Source: a virus
Taxonomy: Duplodnaviria; Caudoviricetes
DNA: 64,000 nucleotides
Reading direction: 5' to 3' (one strand)
IMG/VR virus record: IMGVR_UViG_3300035498_000778
Span: 1 to 64,000 of that record
In this document: piece after piece, positions 1-9,364 of the stretch
Numbering within the stretch: position 1 is the stretch's first letter
Layout of the letters: the number at the start of each line of letters is the position of its first letter
Translations under genes and position numbers: made by a program
The notes under the pieces: model-generated
Databases searched by the model: none
Told to the model about the DNA's origin: nothing
The model's input: only the letters and a program-made list of their open reading frames with translations

Positions 1-298
1 TGCTGCTGTTTTAGATGATGACAACGATGATGGAACTGATTATACTGACACATCTTCTACTGATGATGATAGTGGTGATGGCGGTGGAGACAATACAGAC
101 ACTAACGAAGATAACCAAGATGACTCTAGCGACGCTTCTTCTGATGGTAATGATGATGGTGGTGGCGAAGATGCTGCTGTTTTAGATGATGACAACGATG
201 ATGGAACTGATTATACTGACACATCTTCTACTGATGATGATAGTGGTGATGGCGGTGGAGACAATACAGACACTAACGAAGATAACCAAGATGACTCT
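1..298 (+). repeat. 171-bp (57-aa) in-frame tandem repeat
   Basis: 1-127 is identical to 172-298. Confidence 0.95.
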
Positions 299-634
299 GG
301 TGAAGACCAGCAAGATGATAGTAACGCTAGTGATGCTAGCAAGAAATATTATCTATTTAAGAAGTTCTCAAATTTGTATAACCATCTATTGAGATATGTT
401 GAAGCATTGCAATCCACTACATATGATAATATCTACTACAATAACGTAGTTAAATCTGTAATTTCAAGATTACAAGAATTAAAGAAATGCATCTATGAGT
501 ACATGATTGTGAAATTTGACTCTGTGACTTATCTTGAGGGATGTATATATTATGAAACAGTCTATAATTTATTAGCAATGAGTCTTGAGTTGCTCAAAAC
601 TAATAAGCAAAAGGCTCAACAATTGAATAAATAA
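1..634 (+). CDS. 5'-truncated acidic (Asp-rich, repeat-containing) protein upstream of major capsid gene; probable head assembly protein
   Basis: Frame 2 is open from base 2 (AAVLDDDNDDGTDYTD...) and continuous with track ORF 374..634; ends TAA 634. Confidence 0.75.
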   Translation, partial: AAVLDDDNDDGTDYTDTSSTDDDSGDGGGDNTDTNEDNQDDSSDASSDGNDDGGGEDAAVLDDDNDDGTDYTDTSSTDDDSGDGGGDNTDTNEDNQDDSGEDQQDDSNASDASKKYYLFKKFSNLYNHLLRYVEALQSTTYDNIYYNNVVKSVISRLQELKKCIYEYMIVKFDSVTYLEGCIYYETVYNLLAMSLELLKTNKQKAQQLNK

Positions 635-679
635 GTTATGAGTCTATCGATGATCGTGGATATGACTAAAGTAAAATTA

Positions 680-691
680 AACAAGTATATA
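680..691 (+). promoter_or_regulatory. AR9-type late promoter AACA-N6-TA (major capsid)
   Basis: AACA-AGTATA-TA just upstream of AAGGAG SD; motif recurs before 19 genes. Confidence 0.8.
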
Positions 692-723
692 AATAATTAA
701 AAAAGAAAAGGAGTGGTTCTATT

Positions 724-2526
724 ATGTTAAATTTTTTAACAGAATCAACAAAGGGATTTGAAGAAACACCTACAATAGGTTCTTTTAAAGCTGCAGACCA
801 TGTCAATACATTTGATGACGCTTTCACAGAGGCGGCTAATGATATGATGGGTGTCGCTGACATTATGGTAGATATTAATAAGATTATTAAGAACGACGAT
901 ATCATGGAGTCTTACAAGGACACAATTCTAGCACCTCTAAGAGACTCAGCTGCTCAATACGATAGCCGTATTGCTAGCATTCCCGGTTATGACCCAGATT
1001 GCGATAAGTATAGCAAGCTATATGAGCAAGTATCACAAATGTTTGATAATACTAGATATGACCTTATTTCAGAGGCAGCTCTAGCTGGTCAACTTTTACC
1101 TATCGTAGCTGTTGATTTTCCTATTCTTGTAAAGCAACATCTTAAGGTAGCTTCTAAGGATATCATCCAGACAGAAGTAACTAAGACTCCAGTTATCAAG
1201 AAGCATATTGAAAGAGTTTGGATCGTAGATAATCAGACTAAGAAGAGATGGGAATACCCTAAGTGCTTCTTTGATGATAGTTATAGAGAAATTTTTGCTG
1301 CTGGTAAGGGTCTACCTATTAAGGATACACCTGTTGATATTACAAAGGGTCTATTCAAGTATGACATTATTGGTGAGCTAACTGATGCTCCAGTACCTTC
1401 AAGAGAAGCTATTACAATCGATCTTCAAATTAGAAAGGTTATTGATACAAATGGTGTTGAGATTCCTGTAAAGATGAGAATTAATCTATCTGATGGTGCA
1501 TGGCTTGGTGGTGCTATTGACTATACATATACTGTTACTGATGAAATGGCTGCTGCTAATCCAGAACTAACTGCAGGTGAGGAAGTACACGTTGAAGACC
1601 TCATCACTGGTAATGTTGACTGGGTAACAAATAAGGTAACTATTGCACCTCCAGCAAACGGTCAGATTGTATCCGTAGTATTTGACGGCTATCTATCAAA
1701 CGAACTAAATGAAAGAGGCGTAAGCTTTGACTATACAAGAGAAGAGCTAGAATGGCATATTGAAGACGGCTTCAGAGCTAATATTCCATACAGCGTTGAA
1801 GAACTACAAGATGCTAAGGCTCTTATGAACATTGACCTATACAAGAAGACTTATGATAACATGACTAATCTTCTTGTTCAGATGGAGGACTCTAGTATCC
1901 TAGACTTCCTAGATAAGGAATACGATAAGTACAAGGGTGTAGAACTAGATAAGCTTTCTGGTGAACTAAACCCATTTGTAAGAGAGCAAATTTTTGATTG
2001 CGCTGCTGATAAGCAAACTAGCGCACTACCATCTGAGTACATTCAAGTACAGCTAAAGTGGTTAATTGACAGATTCATCATTGATATCTGCGATACTGCT
2101 AAGCTAGAAGATATGACCTTCGTTATTTATGGTAACCCAAGATACATCTCACTACTAGGTGATGCAGTTAACTGGGTAGTTAAGAATGGTGATATGGTTG
2201 GTGGTGTTAAGGCTAACTATAGCTATGGTGTAATGACTTCTGGTGGTGTTAAGGTACAGATAGTAAGTGTTAACAAGATTAGCGCTACTAAGCACCCATT
2301 CCTAAGAATGATTCCTTACCCAATGAGCCAAGAGCAATACACATTCAAGCAATATAAGTATGCTACTCACATTCTAACTACAACTAATTCTGGATACAAG
2401 GCTCCTGACAGACCAGGTGGATCAATGACCAACCTAATGGGTACTGTTAGATACAAGACTACAGCTGTTCAAGGTATCCAAGCTAAGGTTGGCTTCAGAA
2501 ACGCAAGTTTCATTCTAAATTATTAA
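724..2526 (+). CDS. major capsid protein precursor
   Basis: 600 aa; N-terminal propeptide with h-x-E-S/A sites (LTES, FTEA, IMES, ISEA); HK97-like segment YSVEELQDAKALMNIDL; late promoter, strong codon bias, terminator. Confidence 0.8.
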   Translation: MLNFLTESTKGFEETPTIGSFKAADHVNTFDDAFTEAANDMMGVADIMVDINKIIKNDDIMESYKDTILAPLRDSAAQYDSRIASIPGYDPDCDKYSKLYEQVSQMFDNTRYDLISEAALAGQLLPIVAVDFPILVKQHLKVASKDIIQTEVTKTPVIKKHIERVWIVDNQTKKRWEYPKCFFDDSYREIFAAGKGLPIKDTPVDITKGLFKYDIIGELTDAPVPSREAITIDLQIRKVIDTNGVEIPVKMRINLSDGAWLGGAIDYTYTVTDEMAAANPELTAGEEVHVEDLITGNVDWVTNKVTIAPPANGQIVSVVFDGYLSNELNERGVSFDYTREELEWHIEDGFRANIPYSVEELQDAKALMNIDLYKKTYDNMTNLLVQMEDSSILDFLDKEYDKYKGVELDKLSGELNPFVREQIFDCAADKQTSALPSEYIQVQLKWLIDRFIIDICDTAKLEDMTFVIYGNPRYISLLGDAVNWVVKNGDMVGGVKANYSYGVMTSGGVKVQIVSVNKISATKHPFLRMIPYPMSQEQYTFKQYKYATHILTTTNSGYKAPDRPGGSMTNLMGTVRYKTTAVQGIQAKVGFRNASFILNY

Positions 2527-2547
2527 TATAATAATTAAAATATAAAG

Positions 2548-2577
2548 ATTCAGATGACGTATATACGTCATCTGAAT
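2548..2577. terminator. 30-bp perfect palindrome, probable intrinsic terminator
   Basis: ATTCAGATGACGTAT|ATACGTCATCTGAAT after capsid stop. Confidence 0.8.
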
Positions 2578-2673
2578 ATTTTAATAGGAAATCGGAAAAT
2601 GTGTATGTTTTTTGACTAATGTTATTTACTGTAAGTCAAATACCAAATTCAATATGGGCATTCAAACATACGA

Positions 2674-2685
2674 AACAATATTTTA
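2674..2685 (+). promoter_or_regulatory. late promoter AACA-N6-TA
   Basis: AACA-ATATTT-TA. Confidence 0.7.
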
Positions 2686-2741
2686 AATATACACTACATT
2701 TAGTGGTAAAAATGATATCATACTTGAAAGGAGTAGATAAT

Positions 2742-4088
2742 ATGTATTTAATTGAAAGCTGCGATTACGCAAATAGAAAGATGTTAAGAACCGTAGATGA
2801 CTTGTCTTATGAATTTTTATTACTAGAATCTGAGGGTAATGAAGTTAAAAAAGAAGGTATACTAAAACGAATGTGGAAAGCTATTGTGGATGCGATTAAT
2901 AAGATTAAAGAATTTTTTAGTAGCAAAGATTCAGCTGCAAACACAATTATACCAGTCGATGCCAAAGATCAAAAGGTTGAAACTAAGATAGATGTTGAAA
3001 AGGCTAGTAAAGCGGTGGAGGAAGAACTCAAAGTTAATCGTGATAACTTAAAGAATATATCATCCATATTATCTTTAAAACCTGTGGGTCAAGGTATAGC
3101 TGTTACATCACCTAGCTCATTTAAAAATAAGACCGTAGTATCAAAGGAAGATCGAAACGCCGCTAAAGAAGCAAAGAGGCAAGAAAGAGCTACTGCTAAA
3201 GAAGCGAAACTACGTGTAAAGGAAGAAGCTAGGCGTAGAATAGCTGAGGAAAACGAAATTAAAAGGCAGGAAAGACTCATTAAGTTAAATAAGACTGTAG
3301 CTAAGGCGATTGGGATTACAGGATTAACCGTGATTGGTGCTAAAGTACTTTTGGGTAAATTTAAAAAGTATACAGACACACTGGATAAGAATACGTCAGC
3401 TTTAAAACGTATAATAGATGCTGGAAGTAATATCAATCCTGATGCGGCAAAAGAAGCACAAGGCGAAATGAAAGTTATGTCTAGAATCACTGCAGTAATA
3501 AATCAATGCAACGCTGAACTACACAGAGTAATCAAAGAAGGAATTAAGAAAGGCATAAAAGATGTATCCAATGATACAAAAGCAGCAGTGGTTAGCAAGA
3601 CCGCCGATACTGTCGATAAAGCCAAAGAAAAACTCAATTCACCAGGAACACAAGAGGCAATACATAGTGCAATAAATAGTGCAACATCCAAGGTAATACA
3701 ATCCGTTGATGATGCATCTAGTAAGGCCTCTGATTTTTCTAAGAAAGCTAAGGAAGTATTGAATTCACCAGACACACAAGAGGCAATACATAGTGCGATA
3801 AATAGTACAAAATCCAAGGTAATACAATCCGTCGATGATATATCTAAGAAAGCTCAGGAAGCGTTGAATTCACCAGACACACAAGATGCAATAAATAGTA
3901 CAAAATCCAAGGTAATGCAATCCGTCGATGATATATCTAAGAAAGCTCAGGACGCGTTGAATTCGGACGAGGTTAAAAACGTAAAACGGAGTTTAAAAAA
4001 AACAGCACATGACTTAGAATATAGAGCTGGTAATGCTGCGTACAATAGTCTCACAAATATGTTAAATAAATTGAGCAGTTTACTCTAA
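2742..4088 (+). CDS. inner-head paralog-family protein with C-terminal helical repeats
   Basis: Start re-called at ATG 2742 (GAAAGGAG SD); LIES/LLES sites followed by KKEGILKRMWKAIVDAINKIKEFF family helix. Confidence 0.75.
   Translation: MYLIESCDYANRKMLRTVDDLSYEFLLLESEGNEVKKEGILKRMWKAIVDAINKIKEFFSSKDSAANTIIPVDAKDQKVETKIDVEKASKAVEEELKVNRDNLKNISSILSLKPVGQGIAVTSPSSFKNKTVVSKEDRNAAKEAKRQERATAKEAKLRVKEEARRRIAEENEIKRQERLIKLNKTVAKAIGITGLTVIGAKVLLGKFKKYTDTLDKNTSALKRIIDAGSNINPDAAKEAQGEMKVMSRITAVINQCNAELHRVIKEGIKKGIKDVSNDTKAAVVSKTADTVDKAKEKLNSPGTQEAIHSAINSATSKVIQSVDDASSKASDFSKKAKEVLNSPDTQEAIHSAINSTKSKVIQSVDDISKKAQEALNSPDTQDAINSTKSKVMQSVDDISKKAQDALNSDEVKNVKRSLKKTAHDLEYRAGNAAYNSLTNMLNKLSSLL
3634..3965 (+). 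repeat. degenerate intragenic tandem repeat (LNSPDTQEAI...KKAQ, 3 units plus partial)
   Basis: Units of 42, 35 and 31 aa with near-identical DNA. Confidence 0.9.
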
Positions 4089-4111
4089 ATAATAAGCGTA
4101 GTGAGGTGTAA

Positions 4112-5374
4112 ATGAATATGAATCTAACAAAAGAAGATTGTAAACAAATTGAAAGTTATAGTGGTAAACTGAAACAATCACCGTCGGATATTAATTCATG
4201 TAGGGGATTAGCCACAGTATTATCAAGAGCAACCGGTAAGCATATTGATGTAAAGATCAGTTCCAATACTGATGAGAGTTCAACATATATTATGTGTGTA
4301 TATCCTGATGACTCTACCACTACACGAATATTAAATGCTGTAACACAAAACAAATCGGATGACGCAATAGCTGCTGCATGGGATGGATGTTCGAACTGGA
4401 CAGTTGAAATAGATAGATCAATTTTAACTAATATGAAATTGAATTTTACTGAGAGAGAACTAACAGCATTGATACTCCATGAGGTACAACATATGTTGTA
4501 TGCAACATCTGTGAGAAAGAGAATGTGTGATGCAATAAAGGTAGCGCTCATAAACCAAAACTTAGTTATGCGCAACACATTTAAAGACAATTTCTTTTCT
4601 AAGCTTATTAATCCATTATGGTATGATCTATGCAAGTTGTCAATACCTAAGCAATCTGCGGAATTGAAGAAAGAATTAAATGCTGACAAATACGCAACCA
4701 AACTAGGATACGGGTCAGATCTGTTATCAGCAATCCAGAAGATTCTCGCTATCAGTAAATCTAATAACAGCTCGGTATTTTCTAATTCAGAACAACAAGC
4801 AAATGCTGTATTGACATATAGCGCCGAAACAATTAATGACTTGAAGAAAAGGGAAACTGCGTTAGCAAGAAAAAATTATGCTAAGTTAAATTCCAACATA
4901 GATAAGGTACAAGAATCTATTGATTATAATTTAGAGCGTATATTTGTAGATCCTGTAACAAATAGAACCACAGATTGTAGAAAGTTCTATGATATGGTAT
5001 ATTCTATTTTGGAAAAAGTTGAAACTGAGACATACAATAGCGAATTCTTCTTTGAAGCGTTTGGAACAAAGAAATTGAAGAAGATTGACCAATATGACTT
5101 GGGATATATCGACTTGCAAATTGACGCAGCTAGAACTAACGAAGACAGAATATTAGTCTTATCATATATTCATTCTAAACTAGACTTAGTAGAATATTAT
5201 ATAGCACTGTTAGAAAAAAATGATAGACGCTATATAATACCACATACAAAAGAGCAGCTATATAGAATGCGTGATAGATTGCATGATTCTGAAAAAAGAT
5301 TGATACAAAAAAATACAAACTTAAATCCGATAAATGCAGTTATAATAAATTACCCAAATGGTTATGAGGGATAA
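4112..5374 (+). CDS. virion-associated zincin metalloprotease-like protein (M48/HtpX-like)
   Basis: ERELTALILHEVQH (HExxH) plus downstream ELNADKYA..GY motif. Confidence 0.65.
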   Translation: MNMNLTKEDCKQIESYSGKLKQSPSDINSCRGLATVLSRATGKHIDVKISSNTDESSTYIMCVYPDDSTTTRILNAVTQNKSDDAIAAAWDGCSNWTVEIDRSILTNMKLNFTERELTALILHEVQHMLYATSVRKRMCDAIKVALINQNLVMRNTFKDNFFSKLINPLWYDLCKLSIPKQSAELKKELNADKYATKLGYGSDLLSAIQKILAISKSNNSSVFSNSEQQANAVLTYSAETINDLKKRETALARKNYAKLNSNIDKVQESIDYNLERIFVDPVTNRTTDCRKFYDMVYSILEKVETETYNSEFFFEAFGTKKLKKIDQYDLGYIDLQIDAARTNEDRILVLSYIHSKLDLVEYYIALLEKNDRRYIIPHTKEQLYRMRDRLHDSEKRLIQKNTNLNPINAVIINYPNGYEG

Positions 5375-5378
5375 GAAA

Positions 5379-5408
5379 AAACAAGGTTGATTTAATCAAC
5401 CTTGTTTG
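5379..5408. terminator. bidirectional terminator between convergent genes
   Basis: AACAAGGTTGAT-TTA-ATCAACCTTGTT. Confidence 0.75.
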
Positions 5409-5676
5409 TTTCCTCTCGGCTTTGTTTTTGTTTGGCTTCCTCAGAAGCTACTAAGCTTCTCTTATCATCTATCTGGTCTTCAAGCTCTTGATTGATATCT
5501 AGGAGCTTGGCTATAAAGATAGTCTGAGCGACTACACAGATTAGACTTACGATGCCATATATGACTGTATAGACAGGATGTTTCTTCGCAAGCTCTTTGG
5601 ACATCTCGAACTTGTCTTTCCATACATTGACATAGCCGTTTGCTAAGGACTTTAAGATGTTTAATAATGTTTTCAT
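5392..5676 (-). CDS. small single-TM early protein (cargo of cassette copy A)
   Basis: Start re-called at ATG 5676 (AGGAGGT SD); hydrophobic VIYGIVSLICVVAQTIFI. Confidence 0.75.
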   Translation of the reverse strand: MKTLLNILKSLANGYVNVWKDKFEMSKELAKKHPVYTVIYGIVSLICVVAQTIFIAKLLDINQELEDQIDDKRSLVASEEAKQKQSREETNKVD

Positions 5677-5809
5677 AATTATACCTCCTATGGTATGTAA
5701 GATGCACATCCTTATATATTGGAACATAGAAACGATGTGCTAATATTAATTTCTATATTCACAATTATAATATATAATTAAATAGTATGCTATTACGGTA
5801 AATAACAAA
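5668..5809 (-). repeat. cassette copy A: early promoter + pseudoknot leader + RBS + first 3 codons
   Basis: 142 bp, 139/142 identical to 43119..43260 in inverted orientation. Confidence 0.95.
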
Positions 5810-5813
5810 ATAA

Positions 5814-5827
5814 TTATATATTATAAT
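5814..5827 (+). promoter_or_regulatory. early promoter core TTATATATTATAAT, divergent from cassette A
   Basis: Exact core motif. Confidence 0.65.
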
Positions 5828-5897
5828 TTTGGCTCGTTCAGTAACATTATATATAAAACTTGGTTGTCATGATGTAATGAAAGGTGGTGTAATATGG

Positions 5898-6107
5898 ATG
5901 TGCTATTTAATAATTATTATTGGTATATTGTTATTTACGACGCCAGTAAGTAAATTTTTAGTGAGTATATGGGAGCTGATTATGGATATTATAATTTCAT
6001 TAATAGCGTTTTTGACGGTGCTATTGACGTTGTTAATAGGTTTTATAATCGACGGTATACATAATATGCTCTTAAAGCTTTTTAAATTTAAGGAGGATGT
6101 TTTATGA
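5898..6107 (+). CDS. small hydrophobic membrane protein
   Basis: Two hydrophobic stretches; stop overlaps next start (ATGA); start uncertain. Confidence 0.55.
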   Translation: MCYLIIIIGILLFTTPVSKFLVSIWELIMDIIISLIAFLTVLLTLLIGFIIDGIHNMLLKLFKFKEDVL

Positions 6108-6748
6108 TTAAAACTATCAATTTAAACGAAGGTATAAATACAAATGTACGTTATGACTGGGACCAAGCAGCCGTGCTAGTATCTAACATTGACGGCGAAA
6201 TGGATGGATACAGTGATATGTATAAGGGTACAAAGTTGTTTGACTTCTATGCTGAGTTATGTGAGTTTGTGGATATAACACCACAATCATCCAGTGATTA
6301 TATCATGGTTGGGTATACTTATATACAGGAAATGATTGACGAAGCAGCAGAGTTATTCAATCTATCATATGACGAGGGTATGAGTATGTTTTGCTTAAAC
6401 AGAAACATTAAGTTTTCTGAAGGTGTATATGAAGCTAGCAAGATGAGTATCCCCATAGTCACAGATAATTTTGACTTACTCAACAATATCAATACAGAGT
6501 TATATTCAAACTACTTGGTTTGCTTATCACCTGTATACACTCGTAGGTTTAGTGAAAAACAAGTACTACAATGCATTGAAGATAAAGAGTTAAAGGAATT
6601 ATTTAGGTCCGTGAGTCCTTGGATTGATGATTGTGATGCTGAGGATATTGAGTTAAATGAACATAATGAGGTTTATCTTGTGCAAAATTGTAATGGTAAG
6701 CTAAAGATGTTCAGAATAACACTACTTCCAAAACATGATTCAATGTAA
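6104..6748 (+). CDS. hypothetical protein
   Basis: 214 aa, AAGGAGG SD, followed by terminator 6761-6787. Confidence 0.8.
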   Translation: MIKTINLNEGINTNVRYDWDQAAVLVSNIDGEMDGYSDMYKGTKLFDFYAELCEFVDITPQSSSDYIMVGYTYIQEMIDEAAELFNLSYDEGMSMFCLNRNIKFSEGVYEASKMSIPIVTDNFDLLNNINTELYSNYLVCLSPVYTRRFSEKQVLQCIEDKELKELFRSVSPWIDDCDAEDIELNEHNEVYLVQNCNGKLKMFRITLLPKHDSM

Positions 6749-6858
6749 GTATTATTTAATTAAGAGAGAACTGGGTTCTCTCTTTTTTGCATATTTTTAG
6801 TTAAGAGCAACAATACTGTAAAATAAATAACTTTAAAAAATTATGGAGGTAAATAAGT

Positions 6859-8178
6859 ATGGAAAAAATTACAACCAAAGAATTGATGGAGCAGTACAAT
6901 GATGTGAAGGATGGTATTCAAACAATAAAGCAAATGATTGATTTGAATATCGAGGCTAATTATGGCTTAAAACCTGAACCTGTATTGACAGCTATCAATA
7001 AGTATAGAGAGACAGATTTTAAGTCTCTAAGTATTGATGAACTCAATGATGTCTTTAATGAGTTTGTATCAATGTCTTTAAAATCTTCAGAAAGTTCAGA
7101 TTTCGAAACAGGTTACAATGCGTTGGATGTAGAATCTATCAAAGACGGAGAAGAAGATCCTAGATATAATTACATCATAAGTTTTCGTGATGAAATCGTA
7201 AAAGATGTGACCACTCTTGAAGATATGGAGGCGAACCTCAAAGAGATTGAGGAAGAAGTCAAGAAGGCTAATGATGAGTATTTTACATATATTAATTCAG
7301 AAGAATACCGTGAAAAGAAGCAACAAGAAATAGAAGATTTAAGAACACGAATAGCGGATCTTCCTGATGGTCCTAAGAGAAAGGAGCTAGAATCTATGCT
7401 AGAAACATTGGAAGATTGCGTAAGTAACGATTACATTTTTAACAGACTGATTGATTCTGATGGTATAGTTAATGATGCTGAGATTCATTCCATTGTCAGA
7501 TCATTCTTCGATCACAATTCATCTAAAATTATTATGAATAAGTATATTAGAAAATGTATAAAGTTAGGTCTTCATGTGGACACATACAAGAACTTTTTCA
7601 ATATTGAGGAAAACATGGAGAATAGATCCGATCTTGTAAATAAAGGAATATATGTATACAACAATTTACTACTTTCTCATTTTGTGAGATTAGTATCTTA
7701 TTGTGATCCAAATAATGAGAGAGAAAGACTTGTGATAGGCGAATTCTTGAAATTCCTAATCAAGATAAGTCAAAATAAATTCAGTAGTCGCGATGATGAA
7801 ACCGATGCTGCTAACATAGTTAATAGATTCTGTGGACTTTTCACAGCTGCAGGATATTATGAAAAGTTCCGTTTAGATAACAGAACTCATCCACTACATA
7901 ACGCTAGATTAGATTCTGAACAAGAAAAGCGTAATGGATATATAGATGAGATAGCAGAACTAATCACTAAAATAAAAGAAGTAAATGGAGAGATCCCAGA
8001 AGATCTACCTAATGCGGATGATGATTTTAGTTATACTACAACACATTCACTATATGAGTATCTATGTTCATATAAAAAGATATATGATGATATTCTTGCT
8101 AGCAAGATAACAAACTCTGTAAGTGATGAAACTGCAGACAAAACTGATTCTGAATCAAATAATGAGATTTCTGAGTAA
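6859..8178 (+). CDS. hypothetical acidic coiled-coil protein
   Basis: 439 aa, GGAGGT SD, late promoter AACA-ATACTG-TA at 6809-6820. Confidence 0.8.
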   Translation: MEKITTKELMEQYNDVKDGIQTIKQMIDLNIEANYGLKPEPVLTAINKYRETDFKSLSIDELNDVFNEFVSMSLKSSESSDFETGYNALDVESIKDGEEDPRYNYIISFRDEIVKDVTTLEDMEANLKEIEEEVKKANDEYFTYINSEEYREKKQQEIEDLRTRIADLPDGPKRKELESMLETLEDCVSNDYIFNRLIDSDGIVNDAEIHSIVRSFFDHNSSKIIMNKYIRKCIKLGLHVDTYKNFFNIEENMENRSDLVNKGIYVYNNLLLSHFVRLVSYCDPNNERERLVIGEFLKFLIKISQNKFSSRDDETDAANIVNRFCGLFTAAGYYEKFRLDNRTHPLHNARLDSEQEKRNGYIDEIAELITKIKEVNGEIPEDLPNADDDFSYTTTHSLYEYLCSYKKIYDDILASKITNSVSDETADKTDSESNNEISE

Positions 8179-8184
8179 TACAAA

Positions 8185-8220
8185 TAATATAGTAGATACC
8201 ATATGGTATCTACTATATTA
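8185..8220. terminator. 36-bp perfect palindrome/terminator
   Basis: TAATATAGTAGATACCAT|ATGGTATCTACTATATTA. Confidence 0.8.
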
Positions 8221-8233
8221 AATATTTTTTCGA

Positions 8234-8245
8234 TTATATATTATA
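8234..8245 (+). promoter_or_regulatory. early promoter core
   Basis: TTATATATTATA. Confidence 0.65.
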
Positions 8246-8281
8246 TCCGTGATTATAAATATAATCGTAATTTAATTGAAT

Positions 8282-8336
8282 TAGTATTGACGCTGAAAGA
8301 AGCATACGCGTTAAGACTATAAAACTATTTTGCTTC
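8282..8336 (+). promoter_or_regulatory. predicted H-type pseudoknot 5' leader (copy G)
   Basis: P1 TAGT-A-TTGACGC/GCGTTAA-G-ACTA; loop GAAGCA pairs with downstream TGCTTC; followed by CATAGGAGG SD. Confidence 0.6.
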
Positions 8337-8358
8337 ATTATCATAGGAGGAATTTAAT

Positions 8359-9312
8359 ATGATTACACTAAACAAAAAAGCAGCAAAAGACAGTTATGAA
8401 GACATAAAGCAAACGATGATGGCGTTTAAAAAGGAGGTGTGTTATGGAGACGGGGATCGTGATAGTTCTGGAGACTACCTTGAGCTTTATCAAATAAAAA
8501 GAAAACATAAACTTGGTGCAGCAAGGGTTGTAGCTATGGACAATGATATCTACGTTATAAACTATGGTGCACAGTGGTACGATTCTGAAATGACATATGG
8601 TGCTCAAAACCCTGATCAAGAAACTGACCATCGCCGCAGGGAAAGATGGGATGCAGATGAAGTCGGGCTTATATCATCAATATATAGAGGTAGAAAGATG
8701 ATAAGACATATGTGCTATCCAATCACCAGTGAATATTCAAAATTTGATATGTCTATTATCGACGAAGATCTTGAGTTTATACCATCTACTAATAAAAGTT
8801 TAGAAGACATAATCACAGAACAGAAAATCATACTAGTGTATAACACCATTGATGGAATAACTTATACATTCCAATTTGTTCACGGCGATGGACGCCTATT
8901 AACAAATGATGAGTCTGATGAATTAGTAGCTGCAATGTATAAAAATACAGATAACAAAAAACAAGCCTTTATTGATACTTTCCAAATGATGTGTGATAAC
9001 GAACTAGTGAAAAGTATAAATGAGGTTGCTAGCACGATGATCGACATGAATAAACCATTCATTGACGCTTTAGCTGAATTCATTAAATCACGTGATTTAT
9101 GCGTGTTTTGTAATATGGATGTTACAGACAGTTCAGGTACATATATCACTTACAGACATTTTTATGATAAGCTTCCATTAAACCCAATAGAGAGTTATGC
9201 ACTACAAATACTTCATGACTTTAAACATGTTGCGTTAGACGAAAGCGGAATTTATACTGATCTATCATACAACGATGTAACCACAATCGTCTATAGTCGC
9301 TGTATTCAGTAA
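8359..9312 (+). CDS. hypothetical early protein
   Basis: 317 aa, AGGAGG SD, early promoter. Confidence 0.8.
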   Translation: MITLNKKAAKDSYEDIKQTMMAFKKEVCYGDGDRDSSGDYLELYQIKRKHKLGAARVVAMDNDIYVINYGAQWYDSEMTYGAQNPDQETDHRRRERWDADEVGLISSIYRGRKMIRHMCYPITSEYSKFDMSIIDEDLEFIPSTNKSLEDIITEQKIILVYNTIDGITYTFQFVHGDGRLLTNDESDELVAAMYKNTDNKKQAFIDTFQMMCDNELVKSINEVASTMIDMNKPFIDALAEFIKSRDLCVFCNMDVTDSSGTYITYRHFYDKLPLNPIESYALQILHDFKHVALDESGIYTDLSYNDVTTIVYSRCIQ

Positions 9313-9334
9313 AACAATAAATTTATGGTAACTA

Positions 9335-9364
9335 AAATGTGGGTTCTGTAGAACCCACATTTTT
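9335..9364. terminator. bidirectional terminator
   Basis: AAAATGTGGGTTCT-GT-AGAACCCACATTTT. Confidence 0.8.

Noticed and set aside
186-392. 68-aa Met-rich ORF
   Set aside because: Off-frame reading of the Asp-rich repeat; frame 2 is the real gene
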